A stretch of DNA of 35,628 nt from Octopus bimaculoides. Taxonomy: Eukaryota. Numbering within the stretch: position 1 is the first letter of the stretch; each line of letters begins with the position of its first letter. This document shows, piece after piece, positions 23,831 through 35,628 of the stretch. Location of the stretch: positions 11,981,982-12,017,609 of the forward strand of contig NC_068987.1 in assembly GCF_001194135.2 (NCBI RefSeq), read 5' to 3'. The notes below the pieces were generated by a model. It worked only from the letters and a program-made list of their open reading frames with translations. It did no database searches and was not told the origin of the DNA. A program made the translations under genes and the position numbers.

Positions 23831-24646
23831 ATAACAACCCATTCAAGCAAACCTGCTATGTGGTCGGTAAAAATGCTAGGTATAGCAACCAAAAGCAGCG
23901 GTAGCTTACAGACTTTAAAGAAGGAATCATAGGATTATCTAGTTTGGAGATAATGCCCTATTTTTAAAATTACCCCCACACACATACATACACACATATT
24001 CATATACATACATGCATGCAGATACACTCACATGATAGACTTGGTTAGAATGCGTTTGACGACTGGTCTGCTCGTTCGGTGTAAAACCTCTCAACAACTG
24101 CAACCACAACAACCAACATTGAAAAATCAATATATCAGGGTATCCCTTCATGAAAATCAATAACCTTTTCCTTGTTTTTCGAATAATAGCTGGGTCTTAT
24201 TCATAGGAAGGTGGATATATTTAAATGAAGCAAATATGGCTGACTTCTGTTTTATCGAATGCAAGAAATTATGAAATGTAATAAACAATTATTAAATAAT
24301 TCCTTTGCCATCTAAAATAATCATCTTTGGCCCTTTACTATGAAGCTAATAATTTTCAAACAGAAAAATTGTATTATCCCAACACTGGATTATACAGCAG
24401 GTTTTCTATTTGTGCTTCTATGACGCAGTGTTATCATATAATTGTACGCCGTATTGCAATGAAAAGATACGGATTAAGAAACGTTCTGTTATATACTGTA
24501 ATATTACGTTGTCATCTCCAATCCCAAGTATCAAAAATATTTCTCATACATTCATTTCGTTACGTTTATACTTTTCTTTTATATTTTTCTTTTCTGTTTG
24601 GATTATTTTATTGTTTTCTTCATCCATCTCGGACACCACTCCTTAC

Positions 24647-24647
<1 letters not shown>

Positions 24648-24677
<30 letters not shown>

Positions 24678-24720
24678 CTTCTTCTTCTTCTTCTTCTTCT
24701 TCTTCTTCTTCTTCTTCTTC
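24648..24720. repeat. (TTC)n microsatellite
   Basis: Direct reading. Confidence 0.97.
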
Positions 24721-25210
24721 TTTAATTACATTTATTCCCAATACCATTTTTTCCTCTTGTGACAGTCTTCATCGGTTAAGGCTTATTTTGAGGCATTATT
24801 TATTCGGGAATCATGCTATATATATNNNNNNNNNNNNNNNNNNNNNNNNNNNNNNNNNNNNNNNNNNNNNNNNNNNNNNNNNNNNNNNNNNNNNNNNNNN
24901 NNNNNNNNNNNNNNNNNNNNNNNNNNNNNNNTGTGTGTGTGTGTGTGTGTATTATTCTGTTTCACAACATCGTCGTAATCCATTTCCTTCTTAAGTCGAT
25001 TAAAGGAAAAAATAGCATGGATTCGACCTTAGATCTTTAGAGAAACTGACCATCCGTCTATACGTCTTGAACCTGAAATCTATAGCAAAGGAAAGGAGGG
25101 CGGAAGGTGAAGAAAATTAGATTTGGTTAAGCTCATGTTTCTCTCTAGTGCGTTACTGACATAAGCAAAATGTAATATGGTTTCTAACGGAAATTGAGAA
25201 TTGATTGCAG

Positions 25211-25307
25211 GTTCGTCTCCCAATGAGGTTACCTCGACTCTTTGGCGCTTCCGATACGTTTTCGATAATCACGTCTGTCTTCTACTGAAGACGTCCGAGA
25301 AAATTAG
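25211..25307 (+). CDS. Candidate internal exon A (97 nt, unverified)
   Basis: ttgcag| ... |gttagt; one open frame SSPNEVTSTLWRFRYVFDNHVCLLLKTSEKI. Weak pyrimidine tract; no recognised homolog. Confidence 0.15.
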
Positions 25308-25469
25308 GTTAGTTTTGAAACAATCGAGAAGTTGGTAGTTCCTATCCTGCTTTGGTCCTATGCTGTTTCAGTGGTTAGGTGACAAAGACCTCAAATAGTC
25401 CGGTTTCTAAGTAGGTACTGCAAAGTACTACGGTTCACGACAACATTATCCGTTAAAGTATCATTAATA

Positions 25470-25575
25470 CCCGGGGATATAGTAAAAAACACTTGCACAA
25501 GATGACATGCAGCCGGACTGAACCCGAACTTATGTGTTAGGATAGCAATCTTGTTACTTTACAGCCATGCCTGAA
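25470..25575 (-). mobile_element. SINE family B head fragment, diverged
   Basis: 'tatagtaaaaaacacttgcacaag..ggactgaacccgaac..tttacagccatgcctg'. Confidence 0.6.
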
Positions 25576-26429
25576 TTATAGATGTTCCTATTTTGTCCTA
25601 TTATCTTTTAAAAACAAATAATTAGTGTGCTAACGTCGAAGTAGTACCATACAGTTAAAACCCTTTTGTGGGAACTGCTGTTTGGTGCCTTTCAGTTGTA
25701 TAAGGAACCGTTCAAGTTGCATGAAATACATTTACTCGAGTGTATTTCATTTCTTTTAAGACCCAAAGAAAGAAGAGCAATGCTTATAACTATTTTGAGA
25801 ACATCTGTGTTTTGTAGGAGTAAAGCAGTTAGTCACCGCCAGTCGAGATACTTGTCTCGAATGATTGTAACAGAATGGGTACTGCTACAGGAATCCACCA
25901 GTTAGGTGATACTGGTGGTGTTAAACAAAGCAACGGATTAAGTCTACCATCCTTTGGAAGACAGCCGTATAAAAATTAAGCTAACATTATATTTGGTTAC
26001 TAATGAGCATGGTTTGACAATCCAGCGAGGGAACATGTACATGGAGAAAGCCCTATTTGCTAGAAATAGCAGTCAGGTCTATTTCAGACTGTACCCGAGT
26101 GTCATAAATATGAGAAGTATGTATTAGATAATATAGTCCAAGATATACTGACGAAATGGCTAGGGGTGTAATATTCGTTAACAGTAACAAATAGTTAGTG
26201 AGGTTACAGAAATGTTAGAGCAACGAACTAAATGCGTTATAATATTTAGTTTCGATTCTTTATCTTTAGTGCCGACAAATAAATAAATGAAAGAACTCCA
26301 AGGAATATATTAAGATCGATTGAACATTCTCTGACCGTTGTACCTCGTCTTCAGCAATTGTCGATATGTTGCTAGGTCAAAAGAGATCAATGTATAAGAG
26401 CGAAGAAGTGGAGTAGAGAAAAGTATGTG

Positions 26430-26745
26430 AAGGAAGAAGAAAGAAAGAAAAAAAGAAAGAACGGAAGAAGAGAGAAAGAAAGAAAGGAAGGAAGGAAGGA
26501 AGGAAGGAAGGAAGGAAGGAAGGAAGGAAAGAAGGAAAGGAAGGGAAAATGGGGAGGCGCAAAGCATTAAAAAGGGAAGAGGGAGGAAGTGTAATAAAAG
26601 GATGACTGAGAAATATATGAAAAGGAAGAGGAGAATGAAGCAAAACGAAGAAGAAGAAGAAGAAGAAGAAGAAGAAGAAGAAGAAGAAGAAGAAGAAGAA
26701 GAAGAAGAAGAAGAAAAAGAAGAAGAAGAAGAAGACGAAGAAGAG
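26430..26745. repeat. Purine-rich (GAAA)/(GGAA)n and (GAA)n tracts
   Basis: Direct reading. Confidence 0.95.
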
Positions 26746-27131
26746 ATTGGAGAAGGTTATTATGAACTGGTCAGAGAAATTAATCAAAGAGAGATGAACA
26801 AATGTTTAACAAAAATTACGCAGTAACTAGAGACTGAAAACTAAACAAAATCTCCTGGAATCTTTCCCAGAAACTAACTGCCCGGCTTTCTTCGTGCCTT
26901 ACAATCTGACCTAAACGATTTTCGGAGATAAAAACAAACAGTTCTTCCATATATAACTTTGTAGTTCATGGCAAGTTAGTTATTGTCTGTTGGAATCGAT
27001 CGTGTTGAATAAAAACGTTGTTGATCCAGTTGTGATTGTGGTTGTGATTGTGCTTGTTAAGTCCTAGATCAATCTTAAATGAACAGATATATGAGCAGGC
27101 ATATTTCGGCAGTGACGATGCCTTCCCTTAG

Positions 27132-27842
27132 CATCCGTTACATACGGGACTAGGCATACCGGGGCTAATGATGCGCGGACATGCACTGAGACGTCGACGT
27201 CTCCGGCGTTTCCTTAACGGCGAGCAGGTACGGTCGCCATTTTTTCGACATGCTTTTCCATGGCAGCTCGTCTCTTTTACAGAGCTGCAGTCCCGGATCA
27301 AGCATAGATCAAGGCAGATTGTGTGGTACCTTGAATATCGTCGGGCGCTCACAGACCTCTGCTATTCGGACCATGCGGTCAGTGGATGTTCCACCATGAA
27401 GTTCTATAAAGGATTAATAGCGGATAAGAGCGACGACGTCCTTGGGGAAACTCTGGGCATCGATGAGGATCAACTGGCTGATCTTTTCCGGAAGACTTTT
27501 AGGCTGAATCTCATGGATAACTTCCAGAAATCCCTGGTCTGGAAGTGCTACCCTGATGTCATTGCCGGTTCGGGATAAACTCTACAGGTATGGTAGTACT
27601 GTCAGCCGTCTCTGCTCGAAGTGCGCGCAGAGTGACGAAACCGTCCTGCGCATGCTCGTACTGTGCTCGAGTATTGTTGACTTGTGGAGTTATGTCAAAC
27701 AGCTACTATCACGTGTAGGATGGACCCGTAATGAACCAACTCCGTCGTAAAGATCACCCCACCGCATTTCTTTGGTCTTGAAGGGTTGGCAAAAGAGGTT
27801 GTGTGGTTGACGAGCCTTCTGCTTGGAAAGAGATTGAGAGGA
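27132..27842 (+). mobile_element. Tx1/L1-type non-LTR retrotransposon ORF2 C-terminal relic (post-RT region and zf-RVT-like Cys motif)
   Basis: HPLHTGLGIPGLMMRGHALR..MDNFQKSLVWKCY; frameshift; LPVRDKL..C.KC.QSDETVL....C; AKEVVW. GC-richer than the flanks. Confidence 0.8.
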
Positions 27843-28451
27843 ATATGGAGTTTATTTCTATCTGTTTACGCAACCACACCAAAGCTCCTTCGTTGGCTGT
27901 CAAATCTTAGCTTTAGGTAGATGAATAATACTACCCACAACGTATAATTCGACGGCTATTGTTGATCTCAGATAAATGAAAAAGTTCTGGAAGGAAGTTA
28001 ACGAAAACAGATCAGTTGTATTCAATGATTTGTTTTTCATGAAATCTTATTAAAGGAGTGTTCTGCAATAGACACACTTAATTATTATTAAATCGTTTTC
28101 CTCGAATATCCGGTAAACTTCACGCAGCATACAACACTGCACCATACTGTGTAACGCAACACATATGCGTATAATTGTTTATGAGATTGATTATTAATAA
28201 GATATCATACTTTCGTCTAAAGAGGAATCTCTATGGATTACAAATGCCTTCATACAGAGACATATTATGGGAGTTGTTATCGTAAAATTACAATTTAGAA
28301 ATGTCGGTTATGTAATTAACCGGCTGTTCTAGCGATAGTAGCCTCTCACGACAACGGCTGTAATAGCAATAATAGAAAGAGTAAAACAACGGCATCGTTA
28401 CTGATATTGATGATGATGATGATGATGATGACGACGACGACGATGATGATA

Positions 28452-28743
28452 ATACGTAGGATGTGGCCAATGAACAGATGATACCAATAGTATCATATGA
28501 TAGCAATAGTAATTGGCGCACTTGGAAGTATCAGTACTCAACTACCAGCTTGACTCAAAAAGTATTGGTTACAAACGTAAGGATAGAACACCTACAAAAA
28601 TCATTGATTGCGTCAAACTTCAAGAGTTCTCTGCAGGGGTTCTTGAAGCATGATCAGTAAATAAGGGTCAGCTTGGTCTGTTGGCTGTGGGCAGCTGACA
28701 CTTTCCACCGTACCCAACAAAATAAGCGGGGAGTTTTCGTCAA
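28452..28743 (+). mobile_element. 5'-truncated R4/Dong-type element: RLE C-terminus plus 3' UTR, embedded in trinucleotide repeats
   Basis: IRRMW..IAIVIGALGSISTQLPA*LKK..IEHLQKS..(T)SRVL.R(V)LEA* (stop 28651-28653) with frameshifts. Preceded by (GAT)n, followed by (AAT)/(GAT)n. Confidence 0.78.
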
Positions 28744-28987
28744 ATAATAATAATAATGACAGTAATAATGATGAAGACGATGATGATGATAATGATGATG
28801 ATGATGATGATGATGATTATGATGATGATGATGATGATGATGATAATGAGGAGGAGNNNNNNNNNNNNNNNNNNNNNNNNNNNNNNNNNNNNNNNNNNNN
28901 NNNNNNNNNNNGAGGAGGAGGAGGAGGAGGAGGAGGAGGAGGGTGATGATGATGGTGGTGGTGGTGCTAGTTATAACGATGATAATA
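28744..28987. repeat. (AAT)/(GAT)/(GAG)/(GGT) compound microsatellite with gap
   Basis: Direct reading. Confidence 0.9.
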
Positions 28988-29699
<712 letters not shown>

Positions 29700-31046
29700 A
29701 CTCCTAATATACACAACAGACCCTACACACTTTTAATCACAGTTTTGATCAACTCTGGTTATTAACTGGTTATACCAATCTTGCAAGAATGAAAACTTTT
29801 GTTTCCAGAAACTAAAGTATGTTTCCTGTTTCGTAATTATTCCTCAAATACAAATCTGATCTGACACCAAATAATGAAGCTGAAATAATGACATCATGGA
29901 TGTTATTTTAATTAATTTAGAAACACATAATAGCTGTTATATTAAGTTTTCGTTTATTCCTTAATTGAATAGTCTATCATTGTAGTGTCGAACATTTTCG
30001 TAGAATTTCTGTGCTTTACTTATTGACACACGTTCCGTTGTTGTTCAATCATCCAACGGAAGAGTGTCAGTGACCAGCTTGTAGAAGCGAGACGAAAATT
30101 ATTCCTAATATCCATTTAGTGGGAACAGAAATGGAAGCTGTCGAAAATGATGAAGCGAAGTCAGTGTGGGATTACAGACCAGAGGGAAAATAGAACACAT
30201 GCCAGTTGCAGACGAGAAGAAATTATGTTCTGTAATTGACGTGACATGCCATTTGATAGAGTAAAAGGAAAGGTTAAAGAGTAGAACACTACATGAACTT
30301 GAAGTATGAAATCCTCAAGTGCTCGAACAGAGAAGTTAACAAGATCATGATACTGTCGATTATTATTATCATAGGAACACTTAACTGCTCAGCGTTGTTG
30401 TTCTTCTTAAGTTTTCATTCCTTTTAACTACTACTATCAGCACTGTTTTGCTGTTGTCTATTTATCTCAAATCTTTTGAATGACTTCCTATCTAACATAA
30501 ACTATATTTGGGCTTTGTGTCTCTCATTCAATCCTTATCTTTTCTGCCCTTTCTTTGAGACCGAAAATAAATCTTAGGGATGCTTTTTTTGTCTCAAAGA
30601 GTGTTTAACACCGGAGACTTTAACCTTATTCTGTTTTATTTGTCCAAGAATTCAGCCTAGCAATCAAGCATTTCCATACAGTCAATAGTATACATACTAT
30701 GAGAAAGTTCTTTATGGTGGAACAAGGAAGCGACCTGCACCGGGTGATGCTTTTATGGGTGAGACACTTTTGGGTCGGCTGTACAAATCCGTATAGGCTT
30801 GGTGGAGTGCGTGGAGCGGCAAACTCAAGGGGCTAACATGGGCGGCACACATTCTAACTTTGTCACTGATTATAGACTTCCATCAGATTTATCACCAACC
30901 ACGATCCGGGACAGGGAGATATCGTGCTCTCTTACAGAGCTCCTTACTCTCCAATGCAGTGCGTGAACAAATTCACCAGATATATATGAAAGGTTTGGAT
31001 CATTTTTTAGGATTTTCCTTAATTGCACACATTACATGTGTTATTT

Positions 31047-31260
31047 CATGATACGGTAGATGTAGTACACAGGTCACGGTACCATGATATAATAGATGTA
31101 TCATGAAACAGTAGATGTAGTACATACATATCCGCATCATGAATAGGTAGATGTAATACATATATCTCCGTTTCATGATGCGGTAGGTAGAGTGCATATG
31201 ACTCTGTATTAGGAAACAGTTGATGTATATAAGTCCCCGTATCATGTTGCAGTAGATGTT
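31047..31260. repeat. Degenerate ~36-bp minisatellite, 6-7 units
   Basis: Recurring 'catga..cagtagatgtagtaca' unit. Confidence 0.75.
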
Positions 31261-31587
31261 GATCAGGAATATCATATGACACCTGACATTTTCATGTGTG
31301 ATATCGCCTTAACGCAAGAAGGATTGAAATGCAGATATTGTTGTTGATAACCGACTTCTTTGTTATACTATTGTTGTTCCTAGTTTGTTATCACAGGCGA
31401 TATTGTTACTGTTTTTACTGCTCAAATTATTTGTGCTCGTCGGTGTTTATATTGTTATTTTGCTTTACCGAACGTTTCAACAGTTTAATACTCGTGTTTG
31501 CTGCATTGTTTCTTTCTGCTGCCTTTGGTAAAGAACAACAATTGCATTAATTTCGAGATTATCAATCTTCTTCTCACCCTTCTCCAG

Positions 31588-31618
31588 TTATATCCTGAGC
31601 AACCTCAGTAAACGAAAG
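31588..31618 (+). CDS. Candidate internal exon B (31 nt, unverified)
   Basis: Strong acceptor tcttcttctcacccttctccag| and donor AAG|gtaaag; open frame YILSNLSKRK. Confidence 0.25.
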
Positions 31619-31812
31619 GTAAAGTTCAAATAGTTTTCCCGAAGGGGACCAAATATGAAACGGAAGATGCTGCAAAAATGTTACAAATCCAGAGAACAAA
31701 TGAAATGCAAACGGAATAAAATGCTTTCAGAAAATTCAGAAAACTTTTGCACATCACGCTTAATTCAATCGCTAATTGTAAAGAGTGATTCCTAGCATAC
31801 GCAATAAGAGTC

Positions 31813-31856
<44 letters not shown>

Positions 31857-31883
31857 GAAGAAGAAGAAGAAGAAGAAGAAGAA

Positions 31884-31914
<31 letters not shown>

Positions 31915-31973
31915 AATGATAATGATAATAATGATAATAATAATAGTAACAACAACAACAACAAAAACAATAA

Positions 31974-32009
<36 letters not shown>

Positions 32010-32010
32010 T
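31813..32010. repeat. (AAT)n(AAG)n(GAT/AAC/AAT)n compound microsatellite
   Basis: Direct reading. Confidence 0.95.
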
Positions 32011-33269
32011 AATTTATATAAAAATCACAAATACATAATGACTATTAAGTTGAACCATTTTGGCGTATATATTGTCAACATGTAACTGTACAACATGTAA
32101 CTCACCCAAAATCTTGCATCATATACTTTAGTCAAATACAATATGAATATAACTAAATACATACATACGCACATACATGCACACACACACATATAAAACT
32201 AATGTAGACAACAATAAGAATAATAATTTCAACAACAGCTGTATAAACCATAATATCACTCCCTTGACTTTCACTACATTGAGAAAAATAGTCTACAAGT
32301 CTAACGATAGAGAGAACCAAACAAGGCGTATTAGTCTCCCATCCAGAAATCCAAGATCCATTATTGCCAGGATACATTCATACACCGACACACGGCTACA
32401 AACATGCTACCACTCTCTCCAGGTTCCTATGGTAGCTGAGGGAAAATTATATTCTATAATGTAGTATTGTCGCAAATCTAAACACTTTCCTGTGAATGGC
32501 AAGATTTGCAACATGAGTACGCAACAAAAAACCGATAGAAAAAATGAGAAAAAGCAAAAAAAAAAAAAGATATTGGTTAATGAGAACTTATAAAGACAGT
32601 ACTTTGCAAGATAGAGAATAAAAATGCATATCTATACTTTTTCTATGAGAATTATCAGCATAAATGAAATCAATGGAAACTATGTTATTGTGTCGTCTTT
32701 GTGGGAGCTTATATTTTACTTCAAGTTGCTTGCAGCACCAAAATGCACTTACACAACAAATAGAAACGAATATACAGAACACAAGCTATTTGCTTGGATT
32801 TCAATTTCATTAGATAGAATATAATCAATGTGCTATACTTTAAAAAATGAAAGTAATATACTTGGTTAGCGAAAATTCTAGTCACTTTTGCAAAATTAAA
32901 CAGTGAAATATAAATAATTCTGTTTTGATAAATTTATCAAAAGCCCTTTGAATAAAATTTTTGACAGAAACTATGAATTAATTTTGTAATATGTTAATTA
33001 TTACATGGTAAACATACACAAAGGTATGAGTATTTGCAAGGAGACATCAATATCTGCTCACTAAACATACATACATATATACATCCTTTCCTCCATTCAT
33101 TAATCCATCCAGTAATCCAGCAATCCATGCATCCATACACATATATACACATTCCTGAACAAAGGTAGGGGAAGGTTTAGAAAAATAGAGAGAGAGAGGC
33201 GGGGTGAAAGAGAGAGGGAGAAAGCGAAAGAAGACAACAAGATTCAAAATGTGTATATAAAAACATGTG

Positions 33270-33367
33270 TGCCTGTGTATATGTATGTATATACATATGT
33301 ATAAGTTAATGTATACATATGTATGTATATATATATACATATATATATATGTACGCATGTATGTATA

Positions 33368-33410
<43 letters not shown>

Positions 33411-33736
33411 NNNNNNNNNNNNNNNNNNNNNNNNNNNNNNNNNNNNNNNNNNNNNNNNNNNNNNNNNNNNNNNNNNNNNNNNNNNNNNNNNNNNNNNNNN
33501 NNNNNNNNNNNNNNNNNNNNNNNNNNNNNNNNNNNNNNNNNNNNNNNNNNNNNNNNNNNNNNNNNNNNNNNNNNNNNNNNNNNNNNNNNNNNNNNNNNNN
33601 NNNNNNNNNNNNNNNNNNNNNNNNNNNNNNNNNNNNNNNNNNNNNNNNNNNNNNNNNNNNNNNNNNNNNNNNNNNNNNNNNNNNNNNNNNNNNNNNNNNN
33701 NNNNNNNNNNNNNNNNNTATATGTGTGTGTGTGTGT

Positions 33737-33776
<40 letters not shown>

Positions 33777-33815
33777 CCATGTATATATACACATATATGT
33801 GTGTGTGTGTTTATG
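33270..33815. repeat. (TA)/(TG) microsatellite spanning an assembly gap
   Basis: Direct reading. Confidence 0.9.
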
Positions 33816-34278
33816 TCTGTGAGTATTGGACGTATGGGTGCCTGATTACAAAACAAATATTTAAAATCCATCCTCATTAATTAAGAATTTAAAAACTCTG
33901 ATTAATTTCAAACAAATACCCCCTCACAGACACTTTTATCTGAAATGATATTCTCTAAAATTAGAGACGTATGACTCATCCTGTTTTCTATAAGTTTTCA
34001 TACATACATAAGTATGTACGTATGTCGGTACACACACACACGCGCGCGCACACGCGCGCACACGCGCGCACACGCACACATACTCACGTATTTATTGTTC
34101 AACATGTATACGTGTGTACGCATGCATATGTGTGTGTGTGTGTGTGTGTGCGACATGACAGTTTTCGATTTCCAGTCAAGTGTTTCGAAGTTTGGTTTCA
34201 GTTCGTAGCACCAAGGGCAAGAAACTTCTATTATAACCACGCGTTTGCTAATTTGTTCCTGTTTTTATTTCTCAGTAG

Positions 34279-34339
34279 GAAGTAAAAAGCCTTGCAGACG
34301 ACCCTCTCTGGGTCCTCTTTGATAGGAGACAGATGAGAG
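34279..34339 (+). CDS. Candidate internal exon C (61 nt, unverified)
   Basis: Acceptor ttcctgtttttatttctcagtag| (NAGNAG) and donor GAG|gtatgt. Open frame EVKSLADDPLWVLFDRRQMR only when the distal AG is used. Confidence 0.25.
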
Positions 34340-34685
34340 GTATGTACATATTTNNNNNNNNNNNNNNNNNNNNNNNNNNNNNNNNNNNNNNNNNNNNNNN
34401 NNNNNNNNNNNNNNNNNNNNNNNNNNNNNNNNNNNNNNNNNNNNNNNNNNNNNNNNNNNNNNNNNNNNNNNNNNNNNNNNNNNNNNNNNNNNNNNNNNNN
34501 NNNNNNNNNNNNNNNNNNNNNNNNNNNNNNNNNNNNNNNNNNNNNNNNNNNNNNNNNNNNNNNNNNNNNNNNNNNNNNNNNNNNNNNNNNNNNNNNNNNN
34601 NNNNNNNNNNNNNNNNNNNNNNNNNNNNNNNNNNNNNNNNNNNNNNNNNNNNNNNNNNNNNNNNNNNNNNNNNNNNNNNNNNNNN

Positions 34686-34781
34686 ACTGTTACTCTGAGT
34701 TTCACGTTCCCGTTCATCGGACAGTTTTGTTTTCTAACAAAACTGTCCGATGAACGGGAACGTGAAACTCAGAGTAACAGT
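34686..34781. repeat. Perfect inverted repeat, 46-bp arms and 4-nt loop
   Basis: 34686-34731 is the exact reverse complement of 34736-34781; loop ttct; the left arm abuts an N gap. Confidence 0.97.
34742..34781 (+). ncRNA. Minimal type-I hammerhead ribozyme-like motif (Penelope pseudo-LTR type); mirror copy on the - strand at 34686-34725
   Basis: Stem I ACTGT/ACAGT; core CCGATGA (U4C variant); stem II ACG-GGAA-CGT; GAAA; stem III ACTC-A-GAGT; cleavage triplet GUA (34774-34776). Followed by aataaa at about 34808. Confidence 0.7.
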
Positions 34782-35628
34782 CTTTTGTTATATTTCTGCT
34801 GCTTTTAAATAAAGTATATATATATATAGATAGATAGATAGATAGGTAGATAGATAGATAGATAAACAGACAGATAGACAGACAGATAGATATAGATATT
34901 ATACATACACACATACATAAGGCTATTCCTTGAGCACTTATCTAAAGATGAACTATAACGACGACGACGACGACGACGGGAACAACAACGGAAGAATACT
35001 TTTTATATACATTAAATATTGACTCTGTTGAGCGCAGTGCTGGAAGCAAGTTCCTGGCAAAGCTTAGAAAGTATTTCATTTGTATTGTGAGACTTTGTAA
35101 CTATTTTATATAATGTAAAAACTCCGAAATATAAAATTTATGCAATTGTCAAGAAGAAATATCAACAATTTATTTAGACCGATATAAACTATAATTCTCG
35201 AATTAATTATGAGTCATTTTAAATAAGTAATGTTGGTGAATCTTGCTTTTGAAATAACATCGATATAATGAAGAGGTTTGGTTGTTGTCACTCCTACGTG
35301 AGACCTAACCATTTTAGAAAGTTTCAACTAAAGTGCAATCATTCTTTGTGTTACTCAGTTTTATTTGTGTATTGTCTTGACAGTAAAGACAACTTTTTAA
35401 AAATTACAAATAAATGTCATATGATGTATCAATACATTCTATAAATATTCTTATGTAATGTATCAGGGTCATATGACCAGTAATATTTCACTATATTTCC
35501 TATATAAAGTAAATAGATATTTGACGATTCTCTGTTCGAAGTTGGAAGGAAAAGATCTAATCTCCCTCGTCTTAATTCAACTTTATGATTTAAATGAAAT
35601 ATATGATTTATAATGACTTTCTATGAAA

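Noticed and set aside
31047-31260. Minisatellite or SINE arrays as CRISPR-like arrays
   Set aside because: Eukaryotic context, degenerate contiguous units, no unique spacers and no cas genes.

Overview
AT-rich, repeat-saturated animal genomic DNA with many N gaps at microsatellites, as in a short-read assembly. The tRNA-derived SINE families and compound microsatellites look like an Octopus (coleoid cephalopod) genome; this is inferred from recalled family appearance, not from a search. No host gene is confidently recognisable, only a weak chain of phase-compatible candidate exons on the + strand. Recognisable coding relics are all transposon-derived: three R4/Dong-type non-LTR fragments, a Ty3/Gypsy RT fragment, a Tx1/L1-type fragment and a mariner-derived MITE. 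There are about 20 SINE copies or fragments from at least three families. Top observations: (1) twice, the 3' end of an R4/Dong element is followed across an (AAT)-type microsatellite by the same ~550 bp non-coding element in the same orientation; (2) a perfect 46-bp-arm palindrome whose arms each carry a minimal Penelope-type hammerhead ribozyme; (3) an in-frame fusion of Gypsy RT to an R4-type restriction-like endonuclease; (4) several SINE insertions whose target-site duplications (TSDs) record the insertion mechanism. Most ORFs in the track are microsatellite artefacts.
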